Shown here piece after piece: positions 33,310 to 46,333 of a DNA stretch of 64,000 nucleotides. Every line of letters begins with the position of its first letter. Within the stretch, counting starts at the first letter, position 1. The stretch spans positions 434,001-498,000 of the forward strand of contig OZ251254.1 of NCBI GenBank assembly GCA_965240325.2, given 5' to 3'. The translations under genes and the position numbers were made by a program. The notes under the pieces were generated by a model. That model saw nothing but the letters and a program-made list of their open reading frames with translations. It did no database searches and was not told the origin of the DNA. Source of the DNA: Rebecca billardiae RCC1528 (lineage: Eukaryota; Protista; Haptophyta).

Positions 33310-34941
33310 GTGTGCTTGCGCGCGTGCGGCTGCTGCTGCTGCAGGGGCAAGCGCGGTCGGAGCGCGGCGCGCGTGCGCGCGTGCCCGCCCGCCGCCGCCG
33401 TGCGCCCGCGTGTGCTGCGCTGCGCTGTGCCGGGCCCTGGCACCGCGCGACAGCCGTATGTGCCCGGCCGCCGCTGGCCAACTGGTGCCCCGCGCGTGGC
33501 GTGCCTCGCAGCGCCCACGCGCCACCACGCTCACGCGCACCACCGCCACGCCCCCGCGCCGCGCCGCGCGCTGCTCCGGCGGCGTAAACACAATCACACA
33601 TATTTGGTGTCGGTTTTGGTTGGTGGCGCGCAGGTCGGGCGCGGCCAGCTGAACGGCACAGGCGGCACCGGACTTGGGCTCGGGATCGTCCGGCAGTTGC
33701 TGGCGCTGCACGACAGCAGCGAGCTGGCGCTGAGCTCGGGCGGCCGGAACAAGGGCACAAGCTTTGAGCTGGTTCTGAACCTGCAGGGCGCGCGCGTCGA
33801 CCCGCCCTCCGTCGCCGCATCCGACGGCCACGCGCGCACGGGCCTCGCGTCGGGCGCGCGCACGCCCGACGCGTCGGAGTCGGAGTCGCTCCACGCGCTC
33901 ACGAGCGCGCTGCTCTCGCACCAGTCGAAGCGGCGGCCGGGGAAGGCGCGCGCGCAGACGCTCGCGTCGGTGCCCGCCAAGTCATCGGCGATCGGAGGCA
34001 CCTCGATTGCCGCCGCGGCGGAGAAGGTGCGCATGCGCCCGGGCGCGGCGGCGAGCGGCTCGCAGCTCGTGCAGGCGCGCCGTCACGGCGTGATGGAGGA
34101 CGGGGAATCAGACACCGATTCCATCTACGGCGGGCTCGGCGGGCTCGGCACAGGCACGGGCGGGTTTGGCTCGCCCGCGACAACCAACCGCACTGAGGTG
34201 CGCTGCTTGTACGTCGAGGACGACAAGTTTCTCCAGCTCACCATCCCTGGGCGCATCTTCCTGCCGCTTGGCGTCGGGTACGACTCGGCCGAGGACGGCA
34301 AGCGCGCGGTCGAGATGGTGCTCACCGAGGGCCGCAAGTACGACTGCATCGTGATGGACAACCAGGTGCGCGACTGCGCGTGTGTGCGACCGCGCGTGTG
34401 TGCGAGTGTGCGCGCGGCTACGGCGCGGGGCTACGGCGCGGGGCGCGGGCGCTGGGCGCGGCGCGCGCGTGCGGCTTTGGCGGATGTGGGGTGCTCCTCG
34501 CGCGGCGCGCCGCCCCCTGGCCCCCGGGCACTTGCCGCGCCCGCCTGACCGACCGCCGCCGCGCCCGTATCTCCACGCGGGTTGCCGCACCGCCCGGCCG
34601 CGCGGCCGCGCCGCGCGCAGATGCCGACAATGACGGGCGCGCAGGCGACGCGCGCGCTCCGCGCGGCGGGCTTCGCCGGCCTCATCATTGGCATGACCGG
34701 CGACCCCGCCGGCTGCACCGACCGAGACGACTTTGAAGCCGCCGGGCTCGACGAGTGCTGCGACAAGGACACGCCGGGCATCGAGCGCGTGATCGCTCGG
34801 ATCCGCGCGCTGCTCCCGGCTGCCGAGCAGCAGCAGTCGGCGCAGCCGGCGCAGCACGCTCAGCAGATTGAGCTCGGCGATGCGACAGAGGTGGACGACG
34901 ATGGCGTCAGCTTCAGCTCGCGCGCGGGCACCCGAGACTAG
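31372..34941 (+). CDS. Membrane hybrid histidine kinase (multi-TM sensor, HisKA, HATPase, receiver). Exons 31372-32368, 32567-33123, 33634-34365, 34621-34941
   Basis: H-box MVMH|DLRSPL. N-box LLQCLNNGLSNAVKFT. G1 DSGAGI, G2 GTGLGLGI. Receiver YVEDD..IVMDNQ|MPTMTG..IIGMTG..DK. Confidence 0.92.
33258..33342. repeat. (CTG)n microsatellite in histidine kinase intron 2
   Basis: About 17 uninterrupted TGC units plus a second short run. Confidence 0.9.
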
Positions 34942-36539
34942 TGCGTCTGAGCGCTCACCATGCATCGGACCGCTCCGTGCTGCGCGCAGGACCGCGACGC
35001 CGCGGACGGCCGCGGTCGCCGCGGTTCGGGCGGCGAGACCGAGTCCGTCATCGGACGGCTGCTGGTGAGTGCTGCGCGCGGCTGAGCGCGCGGCCGACTG
35101 GCGTCTGTCGTCAGGCCGGGTGTCATATATATTATAGCAGCACGCCGACTGGGCGCGCGTCGTCGTCTATCGGCGACTGCGCTCACTGCCGAGAGTCCTT
35201 AGTCGGGGCACGGCTGCCGGCGGTTGCGGCACGCCTCACGGTGTCACGCTATGTCTATATAGCTAGCTATGCTGATCGTCGGCTGCCGCCACACCTGACA
35301 GTCTGCTGACTCGGACGATGATATGATGATGCGGCGGCGGCGATCAATCGTCTCATCAGCAGCTGTGCGCGTGACGAGTTTGACGCGAGATCGTCATCAC
35401 AGTCGTGACGACATCTCGTCGTAGTGATCACGACGACGACGCCGATGATATTATAACGACGACGTACTGACTAGTGCTGATGATATGATCCGTATAGTAT
35501 CGGCGCGCGCCGTACGTATCATCAGCAGCACGCATAATCGCGTCATCATCGTCATCGCATCATGACGATATGCTGCGCGCGCTGCGCTACGTCGCGTTGC
35601 CGCGCGCCATGCGCGCATCATCGCGCCAGCAGTGCCACTGTGCCAGTGCCAGCAGTGGGAATCGGTGTCATGCACGATTGCACGCCCTGACGTTGGCGGG
35701 TTTATAGGTACCTCTCACGGCCGATGGCGGCGGCCCCCACGTGCGCGAGGAACGCGATTCCTGCACTCCTCGGTGACCGGTGAGTGCACGAATCCAGTTG
35801 CGGCGCTCGTCCGCCTCGTCATTGTCGCACACGAGGTACACCCAACACCATGGGTCGGATCCCAGAACTCTCCGCGCGCTCGCGCCCGCGCGGCGAGGCA
35901 CTGATGACATGCTTGTTCTCATCATCTTATTGGCCAAGACTGCAGCCTGAAAGATGCGCTAGGACGCGTGTGCACGCCTGTCCGCGCGTCAAGGGCGCAC
36001 ATGGCACGCACCTTGTCGTCATCTACGCCGAGGAGGCCTGAACAACCGGCCCACCAACCTGCCGCGATCACGTTCAAATGCAGGCGGCAGGCTGCATGCG
36101 AGCGCACGCAACGGAAACATCTCACGCTCGACAAGGACGTGGCGGCGGAGCGAGTAGAGCCGGTATCGTTTGCAGTCCATCTGTCGTTCACCAATCCTGG
36201 TTCACCACCTGACACGGGCGCGACGCAGCCAAGGCAGAGTACTTACAACTTGCAGCGCGCCCGCAACCACGGTTTGCCGCCGCGGCGCGGCGATCGTCAC
36301 ACTGCCGTGCGGTGCAAGTGACGTCTGTGTCATGGCGAAGCACCAGGGCAAGGCTTAGCAGCAAGCCTTGGCATGATCTTTCCCTACAGCTCAGCGCCCT
36401 AGTACGAACACGCGCCAACGACGTGCCATCACTACTCCGCAATCGCGCCGGTACCCACCACCAGCGGGCAAGCCGCCATTGTACCGCGCGTTTTATTTAT
36501 GCGCGAATAATTGGGCTCTCGCAGAAATAAAATAGGCTA

Positions 36540-37528
36540 TCTCTTTGTTGGCCGCGGGGAAGATACGCTAGCGTATCTTCGATGGCGCCCCGGCGCGCGT
36601 GAGCTCTGACGGCGCGTAGGAGGCGCGCGCGAGGGCGGCCGCGGGCGCGATTGATGCCTGGGACCTCAACGACAACTCACATGACGAGACATTCTCTTCT
36701 GATGCCGATGACGGCCCTCCAGAGGCGACCGCGCTCGACGACGGTCGTGATTTGGACGACTGCGGCGCTGCGCGGCGTGAGGCGGAGGAAAGCGGCGCGG
36801 CGCAGGGCTTCGAGCGGGCTGTGGCGATGGAGCAACTTATCATCGTCAACGCCATCGCCCCGAGTGCCACTGCGCTGCCGCACGCCACGCCAGTTGCGCC
36901 AGTGCAAGCTACGCGCGGCCGATGCGGCACGAGCCGGGGGCGTGGCCAGCAGCGCGGTGGCCGCGGTGCCTGAGCAGGGCGTTGCAGGTGCGACCAGCGC
37001 GCCGCTGCCACCGCGCGCTCGTCAACAGTTGATGGAGTCGCGAAAGCCGTACGTCCCGCCGACTAGCCCGCCCTGTGTGCTGTCGCCGTGACCCCTCAAT
37101 GCTGTTGGTCGTCCGACGACGAGCTGCCGAGCGCGTCGCTGAGCGTGTCGCTCAAAACGTCAGTCGTGGAGCTCTCTGACGTGCGCGGCGCTTGCTGCCC
37201 ATTAAGTCAATCATGTTGGGCACCTCCTGGGGCACCTCTGGCTGAAGTCTTAGCCTCTGAGGTCTCGAACATAGCCGGCGCTAGCGTACTACCGGCACCC
37301 TCAAAAGGAAGATACGCTAGCGTCCTTCGACTTTTGGACGGTTCCGGCGGTCGGACGGTCGCCTGCGGCACCTGACGCCCAAACCCGAGCGGGTCCCAAG
37401 GTTTTCGAGGTCGCTGAACGCATTTGCCGCTGGGGCCGAGGTCTGAAAAGTGAAAACCAAGCGATTGCGGCGTTTTTCGCGATTTTGTGGTCGGAAGGAC
37501 GCTAGCGTATCTTCGGCCAACAAAGAGA
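36540..37528. mobile_element. MITE/non-autonomous TIR element family B (about 1 kb) with a TA target duplication
   Basis: TA|TCTCTTTGTTGGCCG ... CGGCCAACAAAGAGA|TA. Palindrome GAAGATACGCTAGCGTATCTTC next to the left TIR, with one-mismatch variants at about 37308 and next to the right TIR. Confidence 0.88.
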
Positions 37529-37810
37529 TACATCAGTTTATAATACTACGTACTATGTTTTAACGTGCACACTACAATGTCAGTATCGTCACCATCATCA
37601 TCATGATCATCGATCATCACGACATCAGCATCATCGTACATCAGTCAGCGCATGGGCACCGCCGCCACATTGACCGGGTCGGCGCCGGCGCGCGCCGCCG
37701 GCGGATGACGCGCCGCTGCTGACCTCGGCACACAGCACTCAGCAGCAGCAAGAGCGCCGCATGTCGTACCGCGCGCTCAGCGCTCTCCGCCACCCTGCTG
37801 CTGCAGTGAC

Positions 37811-40800
37811 TCACAGTCCGCCGCGGCCGCGCGCCTGCGGCAGCTGACACGTCACCGCGCCGATCTCGCCGCGTATCTCGCCGACGGCCAAGCCGCCGCG
37901 CTCGAGCGCGCAGCAGAACGGGCGCAGGCTGGGCACAGCCACCGGCGTGCCAGGCGGCGGCTGCTGGTCGGGGCCGCGGCCCGCGCCCGCGGACGACGAA
38001 GCCTCGTCCGCGCCGTCGCCGGCCGCGCTCGCGCATCCTGCAGTTCGGGGCGCGCGCTCGGGGCACGCGCCCCCCGGCCCGCCCTCCGGAGGTGCCGCCG
38101 GGGCCGGCAGCAGCACCGAGCCGTCGCCGAGGCAGCGCCGGCCTGCGTGCACGCTCAGAGCGAGGTGCGGCACACTGCCGCGCAGCGGTGGGAGCAGCTC
38201 GGCGGGGAGGAAGAGCGAGATCGCGATCTCGCGCGCGGCCTGCTGCTCTCTCGGCGGCTGCGGCGCGGCAGCCGTCCCGTCCGCCGGGTTCGGCGCAGGG
38301 GGCTCGGCGTGGGCGGCGCACACGCGCGCCGCGGGCAGTGGCACGCGCAGCGCGCCCGCCAGCGTGACGTGGACGTCGTAGCGTGACAGCGCGTGCGCCG
38401 CGCCGCCGCGCTCGCGAGCGGGCTGCGCCGGGGCGGGCGGCGGCTGCGCCGCCGCGGCCGCGGCCGCCGAGCTCGCGGCTGCGCGCGCCGCAGTGCGCGC
38501 GGCGCGCGCGGCAGGCAACAGGGCCGGTGGCGGCTGCAGGGGCTGGGCCGAGCGGTCGCGCGCGGCCGCGCCCTCGGCGCCAGCCGGCCCCGCGTGCGCT
38601 GCGTCCGCGTCCGCGCGCCAACCGGCCGCGTGCGGGGCGAGCGCGCCGCCGCCTTCGTCACCACTCGAGTGTGCGCCATGCGAGCCCTCCGCGCCCGCGC
38701 CGCCATCGCCCGCGCCGCCATCGTCTGAATCGCCATCGTCGCTCGCTGACAGCGGTGCCGCCCCCGGCAGGTGGGCGGAGTCGACCGCCGCCGCCGAGGG
38801 CCGGGGCGACGGTGCGCTGGGTGCGTGCGGGGGCGACGGCACGTGCCGCGCCGCGGCGGGCGAGCAGGAGTCCGCCGCCGCACTCGGCCACGGCGGCGGC
38901 GGCGGCGCGACGGTTCGCAGCCTGTCAGCCTCGCGACACGCGGCCCGGCACTGGGTGGCGTCGGGCGGCGCGTCGGCCGCGCAGCCCGCAGCTGGGACGG
39001 ATGGCCGCTCGCGCCGCGCGCCGCCGTGCTCGGCGTGGCGCGCGGGCGCCCCGGCCGAGCCTCCGGCCGCGCTGCCGTCCGCGCCGCCGCCGCCCTCGCC
39101 CGCTTGCCACGTCGAGCGACGCGACCCGAGGGCGCGCGCGCGCTGAGCCGCTGTGGCGGCCCAGAGTTGAGCGCCGCCGGCGGCGGCGGCAGCCGCGCCG
39201 CCTTCGCCCTGGCACGCGGCGGCGTGCGCGTCGGCCGACGAGTCTGCGGATGGCGGCTGCCCGGCGTGCGCGCCGGCGTCGTGCGCGCGCGCGCTCACAC
39301 TGCCACCGCTGCCGTGCCGACCCGCGGGGCCGTCCGCGGCGGAGAGGCTGCTTTGGTGGTGGCGGTGGTGGTGGCGGTGGCGGCGCGGCGTGTGCCGGCT
39401 GTCAGCGGCGCCGCCGCCTCCACCGCCGCCGCCGCCGCCTCCAGCTGTGTGCTGCTGCTGCTGCTGGTGATGATGGCGGTGGCGGTGGTTGTGAGAGTCG
39501 CTGGCCGCGCCGCCGCCGCCGCCGCTGCCACCGCCGCCGCCGCCGCCGCCGCCGCCGGCCGCGCTCGCGCGCGGCGCGAGCACGAGCGCCGAGATTGCAA
39601 TCTGGACGAGCACGACGCCACAGCGCGGCGGCAGGCGCACCGGCGGCGCGGGCCAGAGCTCAAATTGCATGGCGACGGGCGTGTGGTCGCTGCCGAGCAC
39701 TTGGGGTGCGCTCCAGTACGCAACGGGTCGGAGCTCGCCGGCCGCCGCGCGGCGCGCGGGCGCGGGCGCCGCCGCCGGCTGCGGCTGCGGCTGCATAGCG
39801 CGCGGCTCGACGGCGGTGCCGCCGCCAGCCGCGGCCTCGGCCGCGCCGGCCGCCGTGCGCTCCACCCCCGCCGCCCCTTCCGCCGCCTCCGCCGCCGCCG
39901 GGCGCACGTGCAGCACGCGATCGCACCAGGAGGGCGTGCGGAGCTTATCGGTGGCGTAGGCGGCACTGGCCGCGCTCTCACACGCCGGCGCGCCGCCGCC
40001 CGGCGCGGCCGAGCCGCCGCCGCCGCCGACCGTCGGGCAGGCGGCGGCGGCGGACGCGGCGGCGGCCGGCTCCGAGCCGGCGCCGCCGGGCGGCGCGCAC
40101 CGGCCGGCGCGCGCCGTGCGCTCCATCCGGAATGTGGGCATGAAGGTGATAGGCGCCTCGCGCGCGCGCGGAAGGAATCGCCCGGCCGCGCGCTCCGCGC
40201 TCAGCTGGTCGTGCTCCAAGAGCGACGCCCACGCCGCCGCCGAAGCCGGCGGCGCGGCGGGCGCGCCGACGAGCTGCGCGCCGGCGCGCGCCGTCGCGTC
40301 GGCGTGCGCGTCGGCGGCGCCGGCGTCTGTGGCTGTGGCGAGCGGCGGCGCGTCGGCGCGCGGCGCGACGAGCGTGAGCGCGCGCTCGCACGGCACATCC
40401 ACGCGGTAGTTGAGATCTCCAAAGATGAGCACGTGGTCGAAGATCGAGAGAAGCTCGTGGCGCGCGCCGGGGCAGCCATGGCCGCCGCCGCCGCCCGGCG
40501 CGCCGCTGCCGCCGTCGAGCGCGCCGAGGTCGGCGGCGGCGGCGGCGGCCGGCAGCGTCTCCACCAGCTCGGCCATGTCGGCGTTGCGCTGCGCGGCCAT
40601 GGCCTCGTGCGCCGCGAGGTGGCAGTTTACGAACGCGAGCGAGGTGCCTCCGATCACGAGCTCCGCGCCCACCGCACCCTTGTTGGCGGCCATGCCCGAC
40701 GCTCCGGTGTACTTGGAGAGCACAGTGCCGCGCGCGCCGAGGCACGGCGCGAGCGAGCGCGACGCGAGCGCGAGCAGCCGCACGCCCGCGAGGTGTGACA

Positions 40801-42475
40801 TGCCTTCCTGCAGCGCGCGGTCCAGCTTGCGGCCGACCGCGCTCGCGCCGCGCCGCTTCGCGCCGCCGCCGCGCGCGAGCGCCGCGCACTGCAGCTGGCC
40901 CACGTCCACGGGCCCGGCCGGGTCGGTGATCGACAGCTGCGCCACGCGCTCGTACTCGGGGCCCGCCGCCGCGGCGAGCGCGGACCACAGGGCCTCCTCC
41001 TTCTCCACGGGGCACTCCTGCACGCCAATCACGAGCAGAGTCGGCGCGGCCGCGGCCGACGGCGCGGCCGCGGCCGACGGCGCGGCCGCAGCCGTCTCGG
41101 CCAGCCAGTCGGCGGCGGTGCCGTCCGCGGCCGCCGCCGCGCCCGCCCGAGCGCGCGCGTGAGCGCCGCCGTCGTCGTCGTCGCCGGTGGCGCGCGCGCC
41201 GCCCGGCGCGCGCCCACCGCTCCGCCGCTCTCCACCGGGGACCACATCGCCCGAGGCGAGGCCACACAGCCAGCGGCCAAGCGCCTCGGCCGCCGCCGCG
41301 CTCGCCGCCGGCTCGGAGCCGCCGCCGCCGCCGACCGCCGTCGCCGCCGGCGGGCCAGACCCGTAGTTCCAGCTGGCGACAATGACGCGGACCGGGCCAG
41401 GCGCGGGCGGTGCCGCCAGCGGCCATGCCGCCGGCGGCGCGGGTGCCTCGGCGCCCGCCGCCGCGCGCGCGCCGCTCGCGCCGCCCGCATCCGAGTCGGC
41501 CGTCGCTGCCGCCGCGCCATGCCAGCCTGCTGCAGGCGTGCCGCTCGCCGCGGCGTCGCGGCACGCGGCCGGCGTGCCGCGCGCGCCGTCGAGCGCGCGC
41601 TCCAGAGCCGCGACGAGCGAAGCCGAACTCTCCAGCGCGCGCGCCGCACACCCGCCCACCGCGGCCGCGCGGCGCGCGCGCGCGACGCTGAGCACTCGGC
41701 AGAGAGCAAGCGTGGCCTCATGCCACGCGACGCAGCGCGCGTGCGCGCGCGCCGCGCCCTCCGCCGCCGCGCCGCCGCCGCCGCAGCCGTGCACGACCGC
41801 CGCCGCCGCACCCGCCGCCGCGCCCGCCGCCGCCTCGGCCTCGTCCTCACAAAAGGACGCGGTGCGCTGCCGCGCGCGCCGCGCGCCGAGGCCACTTAGC
41901 AAGACCGCGGCCGCCACGGCCGCAGGCGCATCCGGCGGGCTCGGCGCCGCGTTGGCCGAGTCGGCGGAGCAGTCCGCGCGCTCGGCCGCTGCTAGGGGCG
42001 GCACTTCGGCCGACGGCAGCGGCTCGGGCGGCGGCTGTGGCGGGAGCGGCGGCGGCGGTGGGAGCGGCGGAAGCCGAGAGGGTGCCTCAACCAACCCACC
42101 GCCACCGGTGGGGTCGGCACCGCGCGCGGGCACGCCGCCACCGCTGGCCGTCCCGCCCCTGCGCTCGGCAGAGCGCGCTGAGCCCGCGCCCACCCCCGAC
42201 AAGGGCGGCCCCCCGGACAGGGCGGACGCTTCGCAGGACGGGGGCGGGCCCCCGGACAGGTCGCCCCCGGACAGGGCGGACGCTCCGGAGGACGGGGGCG
42301 AGGGCGCCTCGGAGGAGCTCCCGCGCGAGCGGTGCGCGCCAACGCCTGAGGACGCGCCGAGCTCATCTGCGCTGCTGCAGCTGTCAGCAGGGCGAGCCCG
42401 GCTGCCAGCACCGCGCCCTCGGTGCGCGCGCGCGGGCTCACACCCCTCCTCCGCTGCGAGGCTGCTGGCGCTGTG

Positions 42476-42543
<68 letters not shown>

Positions 42544-45500
42544 GCGCATGCTCAGAGCGCACGCCGCGGTGCGTGGCCGCGCGCGGCAGCGCGCCGCTCG
42601 AGCCGGCGCCAGCGGAGCCCGTCGCGCCGTGGGCCGAGAGCGTGCGGCAGCAGCTGCCCTCGCTGCCCTCGGCGCCCGCGTCGAAGGGCGGCAGGCGGAG
42701 GTCGGTGCCGCCCGCGCGGACGCTGGGCGGCGGGTGAGCCGGCGGTGAAGCAGGATGCGCGCCAGCCGCGCCGTCGCCGCCGCCGCCGCCGCGCGAGCCC
42801 CCGCCAGCGCGGGCAGCCTCGAGCGAAGCCGCGCCTGGCCGCTCGGCCGAGGCGGATGCGGATGCGGATGTGGAGGCCGACGCGGACGCGGCGGCGGGCT
42901 CTGTGAGCGGTCGGCCGCGCGCCGGGATGATGATCGGCGGCGGCAGCGCGCGCTCGCGAGCCGAGGAGGCGGCCGCGCCGCCGCCCTCGGCCGCGAGCGC
43001 GCCGTCCGCCCCGGCCTCCGAGCCGCCGCCGCCGACCGGCTGTATCCGCAGACGCGCAGACCGCCCGCCGCCACCGCCGCCGCCGCCGCCGCGCACGCCG
43101 CTCGCCGCCGCCGCGCTCGCGGCCTGCTGCGCGCGCGCGTAATCCGCGTGCGCGCGCCGATACGCGAGGAGGGCGTCGTGCGAGTCGGCGCGGATGGCGG
43201 ACAGCGTGCGCTCCAGCCGCGCGCCGCTGTCGGCGAGCCGTGCGCCGTAGCTGCGCAGCGCGTGCGCGCACAGCCGCAGCCGGCCGGCTTGCTCGGTGGC
43301 GCCGCCGCCGAGCGGCGCGCTCCACCCGCCATCGCCGCCGCCGCCGTCCGGGGGAGCCCGGAAGCTTCCGTCCACCGAGCTGCGGAAGCTTCCGTCCAGG
43401 GAAGTCCGGAGGAAGAACCGGACCGTGCCGTCGGACAGCGCCTCGAGCGCAGCCGCGAGCTCCAGCGCGCGGCGGCTCAGCTTTGCGAGCAGCCGGCAGA
43501 ACGCGTCCGCGCCGAGCGAGTGCGTCTTGTCCGCGTGCACGGCGACCAGCAGCGAAGGCGCGTGCACCGCCGCCCGCGCGGCGGGCGCGGCGGGCGCGGC
43601 GGGCGCGGCGGGCGCGGCGGGCGCGGCGGGCGCGGCGGGCGCGGCGGGCGCGGCGGCGCCCTCGGCGCCTGGCATCGGCGTGTGCGGCGCCGAGCCCAGC
43701 GCGGGCGACGAGCCCCCCACGCGCCGCGTCGGGCCGGTCGGCGAGCCTGGAGCCGTGGCAGCGCCCGCGCGCGCGCCGGCCGCCGCGCCGTCGACCGCGC
43801 GCGCCCAGCCGGCGGCGGCGTCGTCGGCGTCGGCCGCGCCGCTTGCGCTTCCGGCTGACGCGCCGCTGGCAGCGCTCAGCACACTCGTCGCCGAGTGGTT
43901 GCGGGCGGAGGTGAGGAAGGCGCGCGCGGCCCTGGCGAGCGCGCTTGCGTCGCCGCTGGAAGCGCCGCGCGCGTGCTGCGAGCGGAACCGAGGTCGGCGG
44001 AGGGTGCTCGCCGCCGCCGAGTGCGGCGGCGGCGGCGGCGGCTGCTGTGACAGCCGCGTGCGCCGCCGCGGCGGCGGCGGCTGGTGCTCCTCGTCCAAGG
44101 GCTCGGCGGCCGCGCCCTCCGCCGCATCTCCGACGGCCGCCTGCGCCTCCACCGCGCTGCCGGCGGGGCGCACGTCCGGCGGCAGGGCGGCTGGCGGCAC
44201 GAGCGCTGCCGCCGCGCGCGCGGCCGGCACCCTCGGCGGCGCGACGCGCGAGCGATCGTCATGGCCGTCCGCGCCGACTTCTGGTGGGAGGGCGGCACTG
44301 GCGCGGTGCACACCGTCTGCGCCGTCGGCGTGCAGAGGCATGTAGGCCGCAGGTGCGTCGCGTGGCGCGGCGCCACCGGCACAGCCCGCGGCTGCCAGCG
44401 TCGAGCGGTCGGCGGCGGCGGCGCGGGCTGCCGCGCCGACCGCGCCCAAGCCTGGCGCATCGAATGCGGCGGCGGCCAGCGGCGGCAGCGGCGGCAACGG
44501 CGGCGGCGGCGGTAGCGGCGGCAGAGACGGCGAGGGCTGCTGCTCCTGCGTGTGCGGCCGCGGCGGCGCGGGCGCCGCCGAAGCCGCCGCGTGCGGCTGC
44601 GGCTGTGGATGCGGCGGCGTGCACGCCGCGGCCCCGACGCCCGCCGCCGCGTGCGCGTGCGCGTGCGCGTGTGTCGCGGCGCCCGGCTGCGGCTGCGGCG
44701 GCGCGGCGTGGGCCGAAGAATAGGCGGGCTGGTGCAGGGCCCAGGCGGTGTAGAGATGGGTGTACCCTCCGGCCGCGCCGCGCACGGCCGCGCGCACGCC
44801 GCGCGCCGTGTCTCGCACCGTCGGCATGTGCGCCCACGCCTGCGCCCGCGCCGGGTCTACCACGCTGCCCCCTGCGGCGGCGGCGGCCGCGGCGGCCGCG
44901 TCGGTCGCCACGAGCGCCGCCGCCGCCGCCGCGCCGACGTCAGAGTGCGTTCGCTGCGCGAGGGCGAGCTCAAGCAGCCGCGCGGCCGCGCGCGGCGCGT
45001 GCGCGTCGAGTAGCGCGTGCGACAGCCTCGCGAAGCGCGCGCACGCCACGATCGACTCGTCCACGCACGCGGCCGTCAGCTCCTCGCGACTTGCCTCGAT
45101 CGCCCTCAACTCTGCACATGCCGCCAACTGCCTGACCTCGCGCTCGGCCGCGGCGGCGCGCTCGGCGGCGGCGGCGGGCGAGGTCGCGGAGCCGCGGCCG
45201 ATGGGCGGCGGCACGCGCGGCGGCGAGAGGCTCGTCGGAATCGCCGCCTCGACGCAGAGCTGCGCGCCGTGCGACGGCGTCGACGACGACGACGGCGGCG
45301 GCGGCGGCGGCGGCGGCGTCGACGGCGGGGCGGCGGATGCCGACTCCGCGGCGGCCGCCGCGCCGGCGCCGGCGCTGGCATCGGCGGCCCTGTCGTCGCG
45401 GAGCTCGTGCAGCAGGCGCTGGGAGCGCGCGTTGAGCTCTACCGCGTCCGCCGCGAGCGTCGGCGCGAAGTCGCGGCCGAGGGACGCCGCGAGCAGCTGC

Positions 45501-45847
45501 GTGAGCTCCGACCACAGCAGCAGGATGGCCGCCGCATCAAACGTCGCGCCCGCAGATTCCTCGTCCGGCGCGGCGGCGCCGAGGGTGAGCAGCAGCCGCG
45601 CGAGCTTGCACAGCGCGCCGTCGAGCCGGTGCCACGCGCGCGAGGCGTGCTTCGCGTCGCTCGCCAGCCGGTGGTGCGCCTCCGCGCGCTGCTGCAGCCC
45701 GCGCTCGCGCTCGCGAAGCATCGGCGCGCCGGGCGCGCGCCCGCCTGTGGCGGCGGCGGCGGCGCGTTGGAGCATCGCACTGATGCTGTCCGCCACCGCG
45801 TGCGCGCTGCGCGCCGACTTGCGCTGGAGCCGGTTGAGCGTCTTCAT
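37811..45847 (-). CDS. Very large inositol polyphosphate 5-phosphatase (about 2680 aa) with helical N-terminal regions and long low-complexity inserts
   Basis: VIVASWNYG, LLVIGVQE, NKGAVG, FVNCHLAAH, IFGDLNYR, EAPITFMPTFR, RTPSWCDRVL, SDHTPV. One uninterrupted ORF with likely start MKTLNRLQ. Confidence 0.88.
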
Positions 45848-46333
45848 CGCCCGCGCGCCGCGCGCCCCGGCGGCGGACGCCGCGGGACGGAGGACGCGGG
45901 GGCCCGGGCCGGGCCGGCTGCTCCCTGGACACGCTCGCACCGCACGTCCCACCGTCCGCACGGGTGCGCAGGACTGCGAAAAGCGAGTCCGGGTCTTCAG
46001 CCGGAAGAAGAGAGCGCTTCCGCGAATCCGCGTGATGGCGGCCAAGTTGAAAGTGGCTCTCGTGGACGGCATCATGGCGAACGCGGCCCGGGCGGCGCGC
46101 GCGGCCCGTGCGCTGCATATCTACTGCTGCGTCATCACGCGACATGCATACGCAGAGTGCCAGGCGCGCTACTACAGAGCTTGCAGGCTGAGCAGACGCG
46201 CGAGAGAGAGGAGGGCCTCGCCATCCGCGAGAGTCGAACGCCCGGCCACGGCCGCACCGCGCCCGCCGCCAGATACTCGTCGACGTCGTCGTCGGACGTC
46301 GGGAGGAGGACATCACCATGATGGGACGCGTCG

